A stretch of DNA of 64,000 nt from Minisyncoccota bacterium (GCA_041665265.1 JBAYJE010000001.1:35081-99080); one strand, 5' to 3'. Positions 37,294-46,062 are shown, numbered from the stretch's first letter. Made by a program: numbers and translations. Notes: generated by a model from the sequence alone, not told the origin.

Positions 37294-38205
37294 ATGAAAA
37301 ATTTTAATCTTATTAAGAATAGAAACTACTTCCTCGGATTTTCTATCTTCATGGTGCTTTTGAGTATTGTGCTTGTGGCAACACTCGGACTTCGTCAGGG
37401 GATTGATCTCCGCGGAGGAACTCAGTGGCAGGTATTGTTTACAAGTGGCACCGTGACCGACGAAATGGTACGAAAGGCAATTGCGCCCATTACCAAAGAA
37501 GGAGAAGGTTCAGTAAAACAATCGGGTGCTTCTGCTAATTCGTTTATTCTTCGTTTACCAAATTTAGATGAAGCACGACATTTGGAATATAGTGCCGCGC
37601 TTAAAACCATTGGTGATTTTAAGGAGGAGAATTTTTCGAGTATTGGTCCTACTATTGGAATAGAACTTCGTAATCGCGCTATCAAGGCAATTATCGCAGT
37701 GCTCTTTGGTATCTCACTTTATATTGCTTATGCATTTCGAAAAGTTTCAAAACCGATTTCTTCATGGAAATATGGTTTTGCAACACTCATTACACTTCTT
37801 CACGATGTGGTAATTCCGACAGGACTTCTCGCATTTCTTGGATGGTATAAAGGTATTGAAATTGATACGAACTTTATTGTGGCACTTCTTGTGGTAATGG
37901 GATTCTCGGTGCACGACACTATCGTGGTGTTCGATCGCATTCGTGAGAACATTCTCATTCATCGTGGGAAGAATCTTACTCTTGCGGAAATTATCAACTA
38001 CAGTGTACGTGAAACATTTGCTCGTTCAGTAAATACCACACTTACTCTTGTAATCATGCTTGTAGCACTTCTTGTGGTTGGTCCTTCATCGCTTTTTTAC
38101 TTTATCCTTACCATCCTTGTAGGAACGGTATTTGGTACGTATTCATCAATATTCCTTGCAAGTCCTATCTTATATCTCTGGGGTAGGGGAAATTCACAAT
38201 CTTAG
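37294..38205 (+). CDS. secF: Protein translocase subunit SecF
   Basis: GIDLRGGTQW motif and 6-TM SecF core. Confidence 0.85.
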   Translation: MKNFNLIKNRNYFLGFSIFMVLLSIVLVATLGLRQGIDLRGGTQWQVLFTSGTVTDEMVRKAIAPITKEGEGSVKQSGASANSFILRLPNLDEARHLEYSAALKTIGDFKEENFSSIGPTIGIELRNRAIKAIIAVLFGISLYIAYAFRKVSKPISSWKYGFATLITLLHDVVIPTGLLAFLGWYKGIEIDTNFIVALLVVMGFSVHDTIVVFDRIRENILIHRGKNLTLAEIINYSVRETFARSVNTTLTLVIMLVALLVVGPSSLFYFILTILVGTVFGTYSSIFLASPILYLWGRGNSQS

Positions 38206-38220
38206 TTGGTCACTCGAAAA

Positions 38221-38243
38221 CCCCTCAAGAATGAGGGGTTTTT
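38221..38243 (+). terminator. Intrinsic terminator after secF
   Basis: CCCCTCA-aga-ATGAGGGG plus TTTTT. Confidence 0.7.
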
Positions 38244-38300
38244 AATATGAGAACTACGAGTTTATTTGAAACACCACATTTCAGAGAAATGGGATAGTAC

Positions 38301-38329
38301 TTGACTTGACACCTTAAACAGGGTATATT
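38301..38329 (+). promoter_or_regulatory. Promoter TTGACT-17-TATATT for the HTH gene that heads the 38.3-45.7 kb block
   Basis: Read directly. Sits just after the secF terminator. Confidence 0.6.
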
Positions 38330-38352
38330 ACACTTTAAGTAAATAAAAGGTT

Positions 38353-39366
38353 ATGAAACATATCGACCAATTTATCAATGAGTTGTTTGCAGATTTCACC
38401 CCAAAGCAACGCAAAGTTGTTATGGGTCGCTTTGGTTTGAAAAACGGAAAACGCGCAACTCTTCAGGAGATTGGCGATGAGCTTGGTATTACGCGTGAGC
38501 GTGTGCGTCAAATTGAAGAGCAGATTATTGGTAAAATTCGCGACCGCGTACGCACTGATGCAAAGGACTTAATCGATATGGCAGTAGCTCATCTTACGAA
38601 GTGCGATGGCGTACGTCGTGATGATGAATTCATCCATGAGGTAATGGAAATGACTGATGATGCAGATGCAAAATATATTGAGCAGAAACTTCGCTTTGTG
38701 TTTCTTACCTCAGGTATTCCGTTCTATCAACGTGAAGACGATAATAGCAATGGTTTTTGGTATGTAAGTGATAGTGCCAAAAAGAAATTTGTTGAGTTCG
38801 TAAAACAGATGACACAGTTTTTCCGTGGTGGTGATAAGAATCAGATTCTCCGCGAGAAGACATATTTAGCATTATGTAAGGATCTTTCTTCAACTCATTT
38901 TCTTACTATCCCTAAGCACTTCGGATCAAACGTGTTTGGTGATGTAGGTCTTCGTGAGTGGGCAGAAATCGAACCAAAGACAATTCGCGACAAGGCATAT
39001 CTCGTTTTGAAAAAGAATGGGCAGCCTTTACACTTCGAACACGTTGCAAAGTTTATTAATGAGTACGGATTGGATAAGAAGCGTGCACACGTACAGACAG
39101 TACATAACGAACTTATTAAAGATCATCGCTTTGTACTCGTGGGACGTGGCATGTACGGCCTTCAGGAGCACGGATTTGAATCCGGTACCGTGCGAGAAGT
39201 GATTACCAGTCTCTTGAAAAAGAACGGACCACTTTCCTCAACGGAAGTAGTAACTCTCGTGAATAAACAGCGCTTCTTGAAAGAAAATACCATCCTTTTG
39301 AGTCTTCAAAATAGAAAGCATTTTAAGAGACTTGAGACTGGAAAATATCACGTTCGAGAAGCATAA
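38353..39366 (+). CDS. Sigma-70 region-4-like HTH plus HARE-HTH domain protein (putative DNA-binding regulator)
   Basis: N-terminal RATLQEIGDELGITRERVRQIEEQIIGKIR is a sigma region 4.2 HTH. C-terminal KAYLVLKKNGQPLHFEHVAKFI...DHRFVLVGRGMYGLQEH matches the HARE-HTH/RpoE-delta N-domain pattern. Own TTGACT-17-TATATT promoter. Confidence 0.55.
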   Translation: MKHIDQFINELFADFTPKQRKVVMGRFGLKNGKRATLQEIGDELGITRERVRQIEEQIIGKIRDRVRTDAKDLIDMAVAHLTKCDGVRRDDEFIHEVMEMTDDADAKYIEQKLRFVFLTSGIPFYQREDDNSNGFWYVSDSAKKKFVEFVKQMTQFFRGGDKNQILREKTYLALCKDLSSTHFLTIPKHFGSNVFGDVGLREWAEIEPKTIRDKAYLVLKKNGQPLHFEHVAKFINEYGLDKKRAHVQTVHNELIKDHRFVLVGRGMYGLQEHGFESGTVREVITSLLKKNGPLSSTEVVTLVNKQRFLKENTILLSLQNRKHFKRLETGKYHVREA

Positions 39367-39373
39367 GACAAAA

Positions 39374-39405
39374 ACATCCTCCGCATAGCGCGGGGGATGT
39401 TTTTT
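39374..39405 (+). terminator. Intrinsic terminator with GCATAGCGC core after the HTH gene
   Basis: ACATCCTCCGC-atag-CGCGGGGGATGT plus TTTTTT. Confidence 0.65.
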
Positions 39406-39439
39406 CATTGTCACATTTGATGTAGAATGAACGTATTAC

Positions 39440-40852
39440 ATGTTTAAGGATTTTCGCAAGCAATTCGAGGAAGTTATAGTTGGGTTGCTAAGGCAATGGG
39501 AAGTTTGGATTTTTCTCCTTATTGCGGGGGCTCTTATTACCGTCCCTTTTTATTCTATGGCGGAACTTTGGGCAATTGTGCAACGTTTCATTTCTTACAC
39601 GTGGTGGTTTTGGACATTTTTTATATTGTTTATTCCTTTTCGTGCACTTTTTCTCTATTGGCGTCAGCAGGAATATAAGAAGAAGGAGGCAGCCGACGAG
39701 AAGTATGTATTACTTGAACTTCGTATTCCTCGGGAGCTCCAGAAAGGCCCCCTTTCTATGGAGCAGGTACTTCTTTCTCTTCACTCACTCGGAAATAGCC
39801 CTGGGAGTTTTCATGAGAAATATATTGATGGCGAGGTGCCACTTTGGTTTTCTGCGGAAATAGTGAGTATTGGTGGGCAGGTACATATTTACATGCGTGT
39901 GCCGAAGAAAAACAGGAATCTCGTTGAAGCAACCTTTTTTTCGAGCTACGCAGACGTAGAGGTGGTAGAGGTAAAAGATTATATGAAAGATTTACCCGCA
40001 ACTACCGCAGAGCTTTATGCACAAGAGAGAGATATGTGGGGGACTGAGATGAAACTTGCAATTGACGCAGCCTATCCGATTAAAACTTACCAGGCATTTG
40101 AAAGTGGAGGAGAAGGACAACTCGATCCAATTTCAACATTCCTTGAAGTTCTTGGAAAATTAAAAAAAGAAGAAGTAGCATGCATTCAAATTGTTCTCTC
40201 ACCTGCAGATAAAAAGTGGAGTGAGAAATGGCGGAGTGTTTTGGAAAAGCTTCGTGAACCAGAACTTTTTGAGGCAGGAGAAGAGAAGGTAACCATTCCA
40301 CGAACTCCAGGACAAAACGAACTTGCGAACGCAATCGAGACAAAACTTTCTAAAGTTGCTTTTAATACTCTTATTCGAATTTTGTATATTGCACCAAAGA
40401 CAGTTTTTAAAGAAGGTTCGGGATTTGCACGAAGTGGTATTATAGGTGCATTTAACCAATATAGTGCGCCAAATTTGAATTCGTTTAAGCAAAACAATCC
40501 TATGGCGACAGGGGTAAAACCATGGAAGTGGAGTGAGCCGTTTCGCACAGGAATTAATAAAAAAGGAGAATATCGCAAACAGCGATTGCTTTATTCATTC
40601 CGTTTTCGTGAGTGGCCTCCCGAGACATTTACTGCGCGTCTTTTTACTTCATATATGTCAAATTCGAATTTTGATACGCTCTCATTTGAAATGTCAGTAG
40701 ATGAACTTGCAAGTGTCTTTCATTTGCCAACATCAATTGTGCTTACAGCACCACATATTAAGCGTGTAGAGAGTAAGAAGGCTGGCCCTCCTTCGGGAAT
40801 TGCCATTTTTGGAGAAGAGTCGCACTTAGAACGATTTGAAGAAAAGGAATAA
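39440..40852 (+). CDS. Membrane protein, two N-terminal TM helices plus a roughly 390-aa soluble domain (unknown family)
   Basis: Hydrophobic segments at residues 22-42 and 52-72. No nucleotide-binding motif. Separated from the next gene by 7 nt. Confidence 0.5.
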   Translation: MFKDFRKQFEEVIVGLLRQWEVWIFLLIAGALITVPFYSMAELWAIVQRFISYTWWFWTFFILFIPFRALFLYWRQQEYKKKEAADEKYVLLELRIPRELQKGPLSMEQVLLSLHSLGNSPGSFHEKYIDGEVPLWFSAEIVSIGGQVHIYMRVPKKNRNLVEATFFSSYADVEVVEVKDYMKDLPATTAELYAQERDMWGTEMKLAIDAAYPIKTYQAFESGGEGQLDPISTFLEVLGKLKKEEVACIQIVLSPADKKWSEKWRSVLEKLREPELFEAGEEKVTIPRTPGQNELANAIETKLSKVAFNTLIRILYIAPKTVFKEGSGFARSGIIGAFNQYSAPNLNSFKQNNPMATGVKPWKWSEPFRTGINKKGEYRKQRLLYSFRFREWPPETFTARLFTSYMSNSNFDTLSFEMSVDELASVFHLPTSIVLTAPHIKRVESKKAGPPSGIAIFGEESHLERFEEKE

Positions 40853-40858
40853 TAATTT

Positions 40859-41410
40859 ATGGATCCTGCAATTTTTCTTACATCAATTTCTACTTTCATC
40901 TCTCACTTATTAGTAAGTGGGCCATGGCTGCGCATATACACCATTGCGCATTTTATTTTTTTGATACTTGATACCGCATTAGTAGTGGGCATTATTCTTT
41001 TCACAATACATGCCTATGCGACACGTAGAAAAATTGATATTCATGCAGCGCCCCCAAGTGTTGCACAAATACTTAAAAAGCCTGGCCTACAAGCAGCATA
41101 TAAAGAGTCTTGGGAAAAGATTCTTGCGCGTGCTGTGAGTTCACCACCCGATTCGTATCGCGCCGCACTTATGGATGCCGACGCATTAATTGATCAGTTA
41201 TTACAGGATGCTGGATTTGTGGGAACAAACATGGCAGAGCGATTGGGAAGATTAAACAATATGGGACTGAGAAGTTTGAATGCAGTATTTCGTGCACATA
41301 GAATTCGTAATGAGCTTGCGCATTCATCTGACGTAATTCTTTTGGAAAAAGAAATGCGCGAGGTCATCAATCTTTATGAAAAGTTTTTGCACGAAGTGAA
41401 GATTCTCTAA
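40859..41410 (+). CDS. Small 2-TM membrane protein with alpha-helical domain carrying an Rx4H (HEPN-like) motif
   Basis: TM helices at residues 10-30 and 35-60. C-terminal helical bundle with FRAHRIRNELAHSSD (R-N-x3-H). Confidence 0.45.
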   Translation: MDPAIFLTSISTFISHLLVSGPWLRIYTIAHFIFLILDTALVVGIILFTIHAYATRRKIDIHAAPPSVAQILKKPGLQAAYKESWEKILARAVSSPPDSYRAALMDADALIDQLLQDAGFVGTNMAERLGRLNNMGLRSLNAVFRAHRIRNELAHSSDVILLEKEMREVINLYEKFLHEVKIL

Positions 41411-41417
41411 TTCGTTA

Positions 41418-42773
41418 ATGGCAAAAGAAGGGAAATTACAAATTATCAAATATGCACCACCTCCTCCCGAACTTCCAATTCTTGGAAAATCGAATTCGGC
41501 GGAGGTTTCGTATATTGGGCGCACGAACTATGCGGCAGGTCTTGAGGAGAAGAAATTTATTTTTGGCCTAAAGCGTATTGATAGGCGACATCACCTTCAT
41601 ATTATTGGCAAAGGAGGAGTAGGGAAATCAAAATTTCTTGAGTTACTTATCAGGCAGGACATTGCGGCGGGGAAGGGGGTATGCGTGATTGATCCACACG
41701 GTGATTTGACCGATGCTATTCTTGATTTCATTCCTGAGTCAAGAGTGAAGGACGTCTGCTTTATCGATCCTTCGGATGTTGCACATCCACTTTTATTTAA
41801 TCCTCTTGTGGGAATGGATAAGGCCTTTCACCATCAGCTTACGCAAGGACTTATTGAGGTTATGAAAAAGCAGTTCATTGATGCATGGACACCACGTCTT
41901 GAACATATTTTTCGCTTTACTATACTCGCACTTCTTGATTACCCACATCCCACGATGCGGGGAATGATTTCAATGCTTACCGATGAAGAATATCGGGTAA
42001 AAGTCATTCCTTTTATTGAGGATGAGATGATAAAGCGGTTTTGGGTTACTGAATTTCCAGAATGGGCAAAGAAATTCGATACTGAGGCAATCATTCCACT
42101 TGTAAGTAAACTTAGTCAATTTTTCTCACACCCTCTTTTGCGGAGTATTTTTTCACAAGAGGAGAATAAGATCAATCTTGATGTATTGGTGAATGAGAAC
42201 GCAATTATTTTGGTGAACCTTGCAAAGGGAAAAATTGGTGAAGAGAATTCAAGTTTCCTTGGTTCACTTCTTTTAATGCGAATTCGTCAGGTGGGTATGG
42301 CACGTGGCACAATGCCAGAATGGGCGCGTAAAGATTTCTATATTTATATAGACGAGTTCCAGAATTTTATTACTGAAACGTTTGAACAATTTCTTTCTGA
42401 AGCAAGGAAGTTTGGTCTTTGTCTTACTGTTTCACATCAGTATTTAGGACAATTAGAAGAGCGCGTGCAAGCGGCGCTTCTTGCGAGTGTAGGAAGTATG
42501 GTGGTATTTCGTGTGGGCGGGGAGGATGCGGAAACATTAGAAGGAGAGATGACCCCCATTTTTAAAGCGAAAGATATGATTAACCTTGGGCTTCAAGAAT
42601 TTTATATTAAAATGACCATTGATGGAGAAACATGCGATCCTTTTTCTGCAGACACCTTAAAAGTGCTTCAACCGACTCATTTCTCACATCGAGACGAAAT
42701 TATTAATGCTTCGCGCATGAGATTCGCAGTGGGGGCAGTGGTATCACACAACGAAGAAACAGCAAAAAAATAA
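41418..42773 (+). CDS. FtsK/HerA-superfamily P-loop ATPase, VirD4/TraG/TraD (type IV coupling protein)-like, no membrane domain
   Basis: RRHHLHIIGKGGVGKSKFL (Walker A) followed by VCVIDPHGDL. Walker B FYIYIDEFQNF. C-terminal ARKFGLCLTVSHQYLGQLEE...GSMVVFRVGGEDAETLE matches the TraG-D_C/TrwB pattern. Confidence 0.65.
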   Translation: MAKEGKLQIIKYAPPPPELPILGKSNSAEVSYIGRTNYAAGLEEKKFIFGLKRIDRRHHLHIIGKGGVGKSKFLELLIRQDIAAGKGVCVIDPHGDLTDAILDFIPESRVKDVCFIDPSDVAHPLLFNPLVGMDKAFHHQLTQGLIEVMKKQFIDAWTPRLEHIFRFTILALLDYPHPTMRGMISMLTDEEYRVKVIPFIEDEMIKRFWVTEFPEWAKKFDTEAIIPLVSKLSQFFSHPLLRSIFSQEENKINLDVLVNENAIILVNLAKGKIGEENSSFLGSLLLMRIRQVGMARGTMPEWARKDFYIYIDEFQNFITETFEQFLSEARKFGLCLTVSHQYLGQLEERVQAALLASVGSMVVFRVGGEDAETLEGEMTPIFKAKDMINLGLQEFYIKMTIDGETCDPFSADTLKVLQPTHFSHRDEIINASRMRFAVGAVVSHNEETAKK

Positions 42774-42805
42774 TCTCACCGGATGCAGTGGTATAATGGA
42801 AGTAA

Positions 42806-43963
42806 ATGAAGCGCGTTCAAAAAGCTATTGCAAATGTATTGCATCGATTGCGAGGAAGCACACTTCTTGTTGAACAGATAAATGGAGTGTATAAAATATC
42901 GCGAGCCTATGATGCCGAGACAAATCGTAGTGCGCATATTATCAAGCAAAAATTTGTCCGTAATTTGAATGAATTAAGACCATCGCTTTTTGGCCTTCGA
43001 ATGTTTGGAAGTATTATTCTTGCGCTTGATTCACATCATGCGACCACAATTGAAAGCGGTGTGAAACTCGTGAGAGCAAATCCTCAAGAACCCATTGATG
43101 AGGGTGAATTAGACGCCCTTCTTTTTCATGGGTTTTGGAATTTTTTAAATCGTTACCGTGCATTTGCTTCAAAAAAATTGGGAATAAATGAACTCGATCT
43201 TATTGTGGCAAATGTTGCAGTAAACGGGGTTCGTATTGGTACTCACACGGTATTTAATCCGCTCGATTTTTCTGGCCGTGAATTATTTTTGAAATTTCGA
43301 GGTACTCTAATTGCGCGTGATTTTCTTCCTTCTATTACCCATCTCAGTAAATTTGTGCGTGGCAATATCATCGTAGTGGAACGAGGCTCCATTCTTATGG
43401 AGGCGATAGGAGAGCCTGTGGTGTTTCTTGAAATAGAAGATGAGAAGACGTCTGTATTTGTAATAGGAAATGAAGAAAGTAGTTATGTGGGGGAATGTGC
43501 GTGGGGGGCGAAAAATATCACGCGTGCACTTGGAAAACTTTTTGGTGTGCATATGCACATTGTTCCAGCACTCTTGAACCGCTATACTAATAATCAGATT
43601 TCAGAAAAGATGCGACATATTATTGTGCGCACCGCACGCGAAGAGATGAGAAATCTCATAGAACATCTTGAACCAATAGTACCGGCGGGGCACATGAAAA
43701 AGTCTGCAATTCGCTATGTACTTTCATCGTCGCATCCAATTCCTGAATCATTATTTGCATGCGGAGAGCTTCGGTCGGCATCATTTAAGATTCCAAAAAA
43801 TGTATCATTAGGAGTGAAGAGAGAATTGAATGAATCAGAAGAAGAGGGAACACACATCGATCAGTCACTCGCATTATTTGCTTTTCCTTATCTCCACCCT
43901 CAATACATGCCGGTGAATCAGTTACTTCAGCGGAGAGTAAAATGGCTTATGCCACATGCCTAA
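42806..43963 (+). CDS. Hypothetical protein, possibly degenerate actin-fold (PilM/FtsA-like) without phosphate-1 motif
   Basis: The second-half pattern VFVIGNEESSYVGECAWGAKNITRALGKLFGV...SAIRYVLSSS resembles actin-like ATPase subdomains. The N-terminal Gly-rich loop is absent. Confidence 0.4.
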   Translation: MKRVQKAIANVLHRLRGSTLLVEQINGVYKISRAYDAETNRSAHIIKQKFVRNLNELRPSLFGLRMFGSIILALDSHHATTIESGVKLVRANPQEPIDEGELDALLFHGFWNFLNRYRAFASKKLGINELDLIVANVAVNGVRIGTHTVFNPLDFSGRELFLKFRGTLIARDFLPSITHLSKFVRGNIIVVERGSILMEAIGEPVVFLEIEDEKTSVFVIGNEESSYVGECAWGAKNITRALGKLFGVHMHIVPALLNRYTNNQISEKMRHIIVRTAREEMRNLIEHLEPIVPAGHMKKSAIRYVLSSSHPIPESLFACGELRSASFKIPKNVSLGVKRELNESEEEGTHIDQSLALFAFPYLHPQYMPVNQLLQRRVKWLMPHA

Positions 43964-43971
43964 TATAACGT

Positions 43972-44075
43972 ATGAATCCCGTTAGAGTTTTACCAGCGGA
44001 GTATAAAGGAGATGGTAATATGAATACGATGAGTATCAAAAATAAAAAAGTAATATAAAAAAATTCTAACGGGAT
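43972..44075 (+). promoter_or_regulatory. Leader element B: motif ATGAATCCCGTTAGA, 11-bp inverted repeat (43976..43986 / 44065..44075) bracketing an SD-equipped 12-codon mini-ORF. Right arm contains the ATG of gene 44074.
   Basis: Read directly. AAGGAGA SD 7 nt before the ATG at 44020. Confidence 0.45.
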
Positions 44076-45687
44076 GAAAAAAGAACGAAAAATCTTTCTT
44101 GATAGATCTGAAGGACTTGATGCGGCCGTGGATAAAATTATCCATATGCCTGCTGACACTATTATTCTAAATATTCCTAAGGGCTCTGTACTTGGACTTT
44201 CCCCAAATAATTTTCGTGTGTTGAAACGAGAGAGTGAGACTGCGGGAAAAATATTCACTGTGGAATCGGTGGATGATGATATTCTTGATCTTGCAAAACT
44301 CGCAAAAATTGAAGCAATAAATCCAATATTAAGTATGCGAGAGCGGGCGGTTTCGGATATTGTAAGAAATGTTCCCTCATCGAGAAAAGAAATTCCCAAA
44401 AAAGAAGCCGCCGTTGCTGTTAAGAAGGAGGTGTTAGGAAAAGAAGAGATTCCCATCAAGAGCGAGATTTATAAAGAAATACCAGTACATAAACCGAAAG
44501 AGGAGATACACGAAGAAGAAATATCCTACGTAAATTCCTCACGAGGAAAAAGAGGATGGCTCTTGTCGCTTTCTATTTTTGCACTCGTCGTCATTGCGGG
44601 AGGATGGTACGCATATCGCGAGGCACCTCGTGTCGCGGTGGAAATAACTCTTAAGAAGGCTGAGATTCCTGTAAATCTTACTGTGCGGGTGAGCAAGGAT
44701 TATCACGAAGTAGGTGTAGAGGATAATGCAATTCTCCTTCCAGGGGAGCTTCTTGAAGCAAAGAGTAATCTCTCAATGGATTTTCCTGCGCAAGGAACGG
44801 AAGTAGTGACTGCACGTGCAAAAGGAAAACTTACTGTGTATAACGCATTTAGTTCAAGTCCACAGGGGTTGGTGGCATCTACGCGCTTCGAGTCTTCTGA
44901 GGGGAAGATATTTCGTCTTGATAAGCCAGTAATTATTCCTGGGGCAAAAGTTGTTGCGGGGAAAATGGCCCCCTCATCCATTGAAGTGAGTGTGACTGCG
45001 GACAATGCGGGACCAGAATATAATAATCCGAAGGAAGGGAGATGGACCATTCCAGGATTTAAAAATACTGCTAAATTTAGTGGGTTTTATGCAGAGGCAT
45101 CTAGTGTTATAGACGGTGGCTCATCGGGGGAGCGTGCGGTAGTATCTGCAGATGATCTTGCGAGTGCAGAGGAGAAGGTAGGTGATGCACTTCGCGCAGC
45201 TCTTGAGAGTCAGATGCTTCTTTTGAAAAATGAAGTATTTAAAACAGTTGATGGAAATACAGAATTTACTATTTTGAAAAAAGAGCCACAGCCAAGTGCT
45301 ACCGATAAAAAAATATTTGGAATGTTTATGGAGGGAAGATTGAAACAGCTTGTATTTGAAGAGAAGGCACTTAATGAGGCGCTCTCAAAAGTTGCAGGAA
45401 AGGGTCGTACTGGAGAGCGAGTGGCTGAGATGAAAGTGTCGTATGGAACGCCGATATTTGATTTTGAAAAGGGGACAATGGTGTTGAATGCAACGGGGAC
45501 GATTGTGTTTGTGGCGGATGTTGATGCAGAAGGGTTTAAAACGAGTATTCTTGGTGCGGACGAAACTGCAGTAAGAACGGCGGTGTGGGCGTTACCTGGA
45601 ATTGAAACTGCAAAGGCATCTTTTAGTCCATTTTGGGTTCATCGTGCACCTACAAATCCAGCGAAGGTAAAAGTGACTATTCAGTAG
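44074..45687 (+). CDS. Bitopic membrane protein: about 170-aa cytoplasmic domain, E/K-rich linker, one TM, about 350-aa extracytoplasmic domain
   Basis: Single hydrophobic helix WLLSLSIFALVVIAGGWYAY. No SD. Start codon embedded in an 11-bp inverted-repeat arm. Confidence 0.5.
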   Translation: MKKERKIFLDRSEGLDAAVDKIIHMPADTIILNIPKGSVLGLSPNNFRVLKRESETAGKIFTVESVDDDILDLAKLAKIEAINPILSMRERAVSDIVRNVPSSRKEIPKKEAAVAVKKEVLGKEEIPIKSEIYKEIPVHKPKEEIHEEEISYVNSSRGKRGWLLSLSIFALVVIAGGWYAYREAPRVAVEITLKKAEIPVNLTVRVSKDYHEVGVEDNAILLPGELLEAKSNLSMDFPAQGTEVVTARAKGKLTVYNAFSSSPQGLVASTRFESSEGKIFRLDKPVIIPGAKVVAGKMAPSSIEVSVTADNAGPEYNNPKEGRWTIPGFKNTAKFSGFYAEASSVIDGGSSGERAVVSADDLASAEEKVGDALRAALESQMLLLKNEVFKTVDGNTEFTILKKEPQPSATDKKIFGMFMEGRLKQLVFEEKALNEALSKVAGKGRTGERVAEMKVSYGTPIFDFEKGTMVLNATGTIVFVADVDAEGFKTSILGADETAVRTAVWALPGIETAKASFSPFWVHRAPTNPAKVKVTIQ

Positions 45688-45731
45688 AGAGATCGCGCTC
45701 TGGGGCAGGACAGCCTATTAGCAGGTAGGAG

Positions 45732-45760
45732 TTGACTTTTTTGGCCTTCCTCCATATAAT
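45732..45760 (+). promoter_or_regulatory. Promoter TTGACT-17-TATAAT for the infA-rpmJ-rpsM... operon
   Basis: Read directly. 31 nt before the infA ATG. Confidence 0.65.
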
Positions 45761-45791
45761 TGAATTCGCTTATCGTTTTTATTACCCATAA

Positions 45792-46010
45792 ATGAGCAAA
45801 AAAGATAGTTTTATAAAACAGGACGGCATAGTGCAAGAAGCATTGCCAGGCTTACTCTTCCGCGTGTCGCTGGAAGGAGAGCGAGAGGTCCTTGCCCATT
45901 TGGGAGGAAAAATGAAGTTGAATAGGATTCGTGTGATCCCAGGAGATAGAGTAACAGTCGAGATGACTACGTACGATGAGCGCCGAGGGCGCATTGTGCG
46001 GAGGTTGTAA
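45792..46010 (+). CDS. infA: Translation initiation factor IF-1
   Basis: S1-like OB fold GIVQEALPGLLFRVSLEGE..VLAHLGGKMKLNRIRVIPGDRV. Own TTGACT-17-TATAAT promoter. Confidence 0.9.
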   Translation: MSKKDSFIKQDGIVQEALPGLLFRVSLEGEREVLAHLGGKMKLNRIRVIPGDRVTVEMTTYDERRGRIVRRL

Positions 46011-46062
46011 AAAAGTAAGTATTCGAGTAATATTACGTTGCTCGTAAAAGGGCATTTTTATT

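Noticed and set aside
41418-42773. Calling the ATPase a ParA/MinD-type partition ATPase on the strength of the GKGGVGKS deviant Walker A.
   Set aside because: The rest of the sequence (IDPHGDL after the P-loop, YIDEFQNF Walker B, the C-terminal QYLGQLEE...VFRVGGEDAETLE block, 451 aa) fits the TrwB/TraG/VirD4 pattern, not the ParA fold. The ParA possibility is kept only as an alternative to test.
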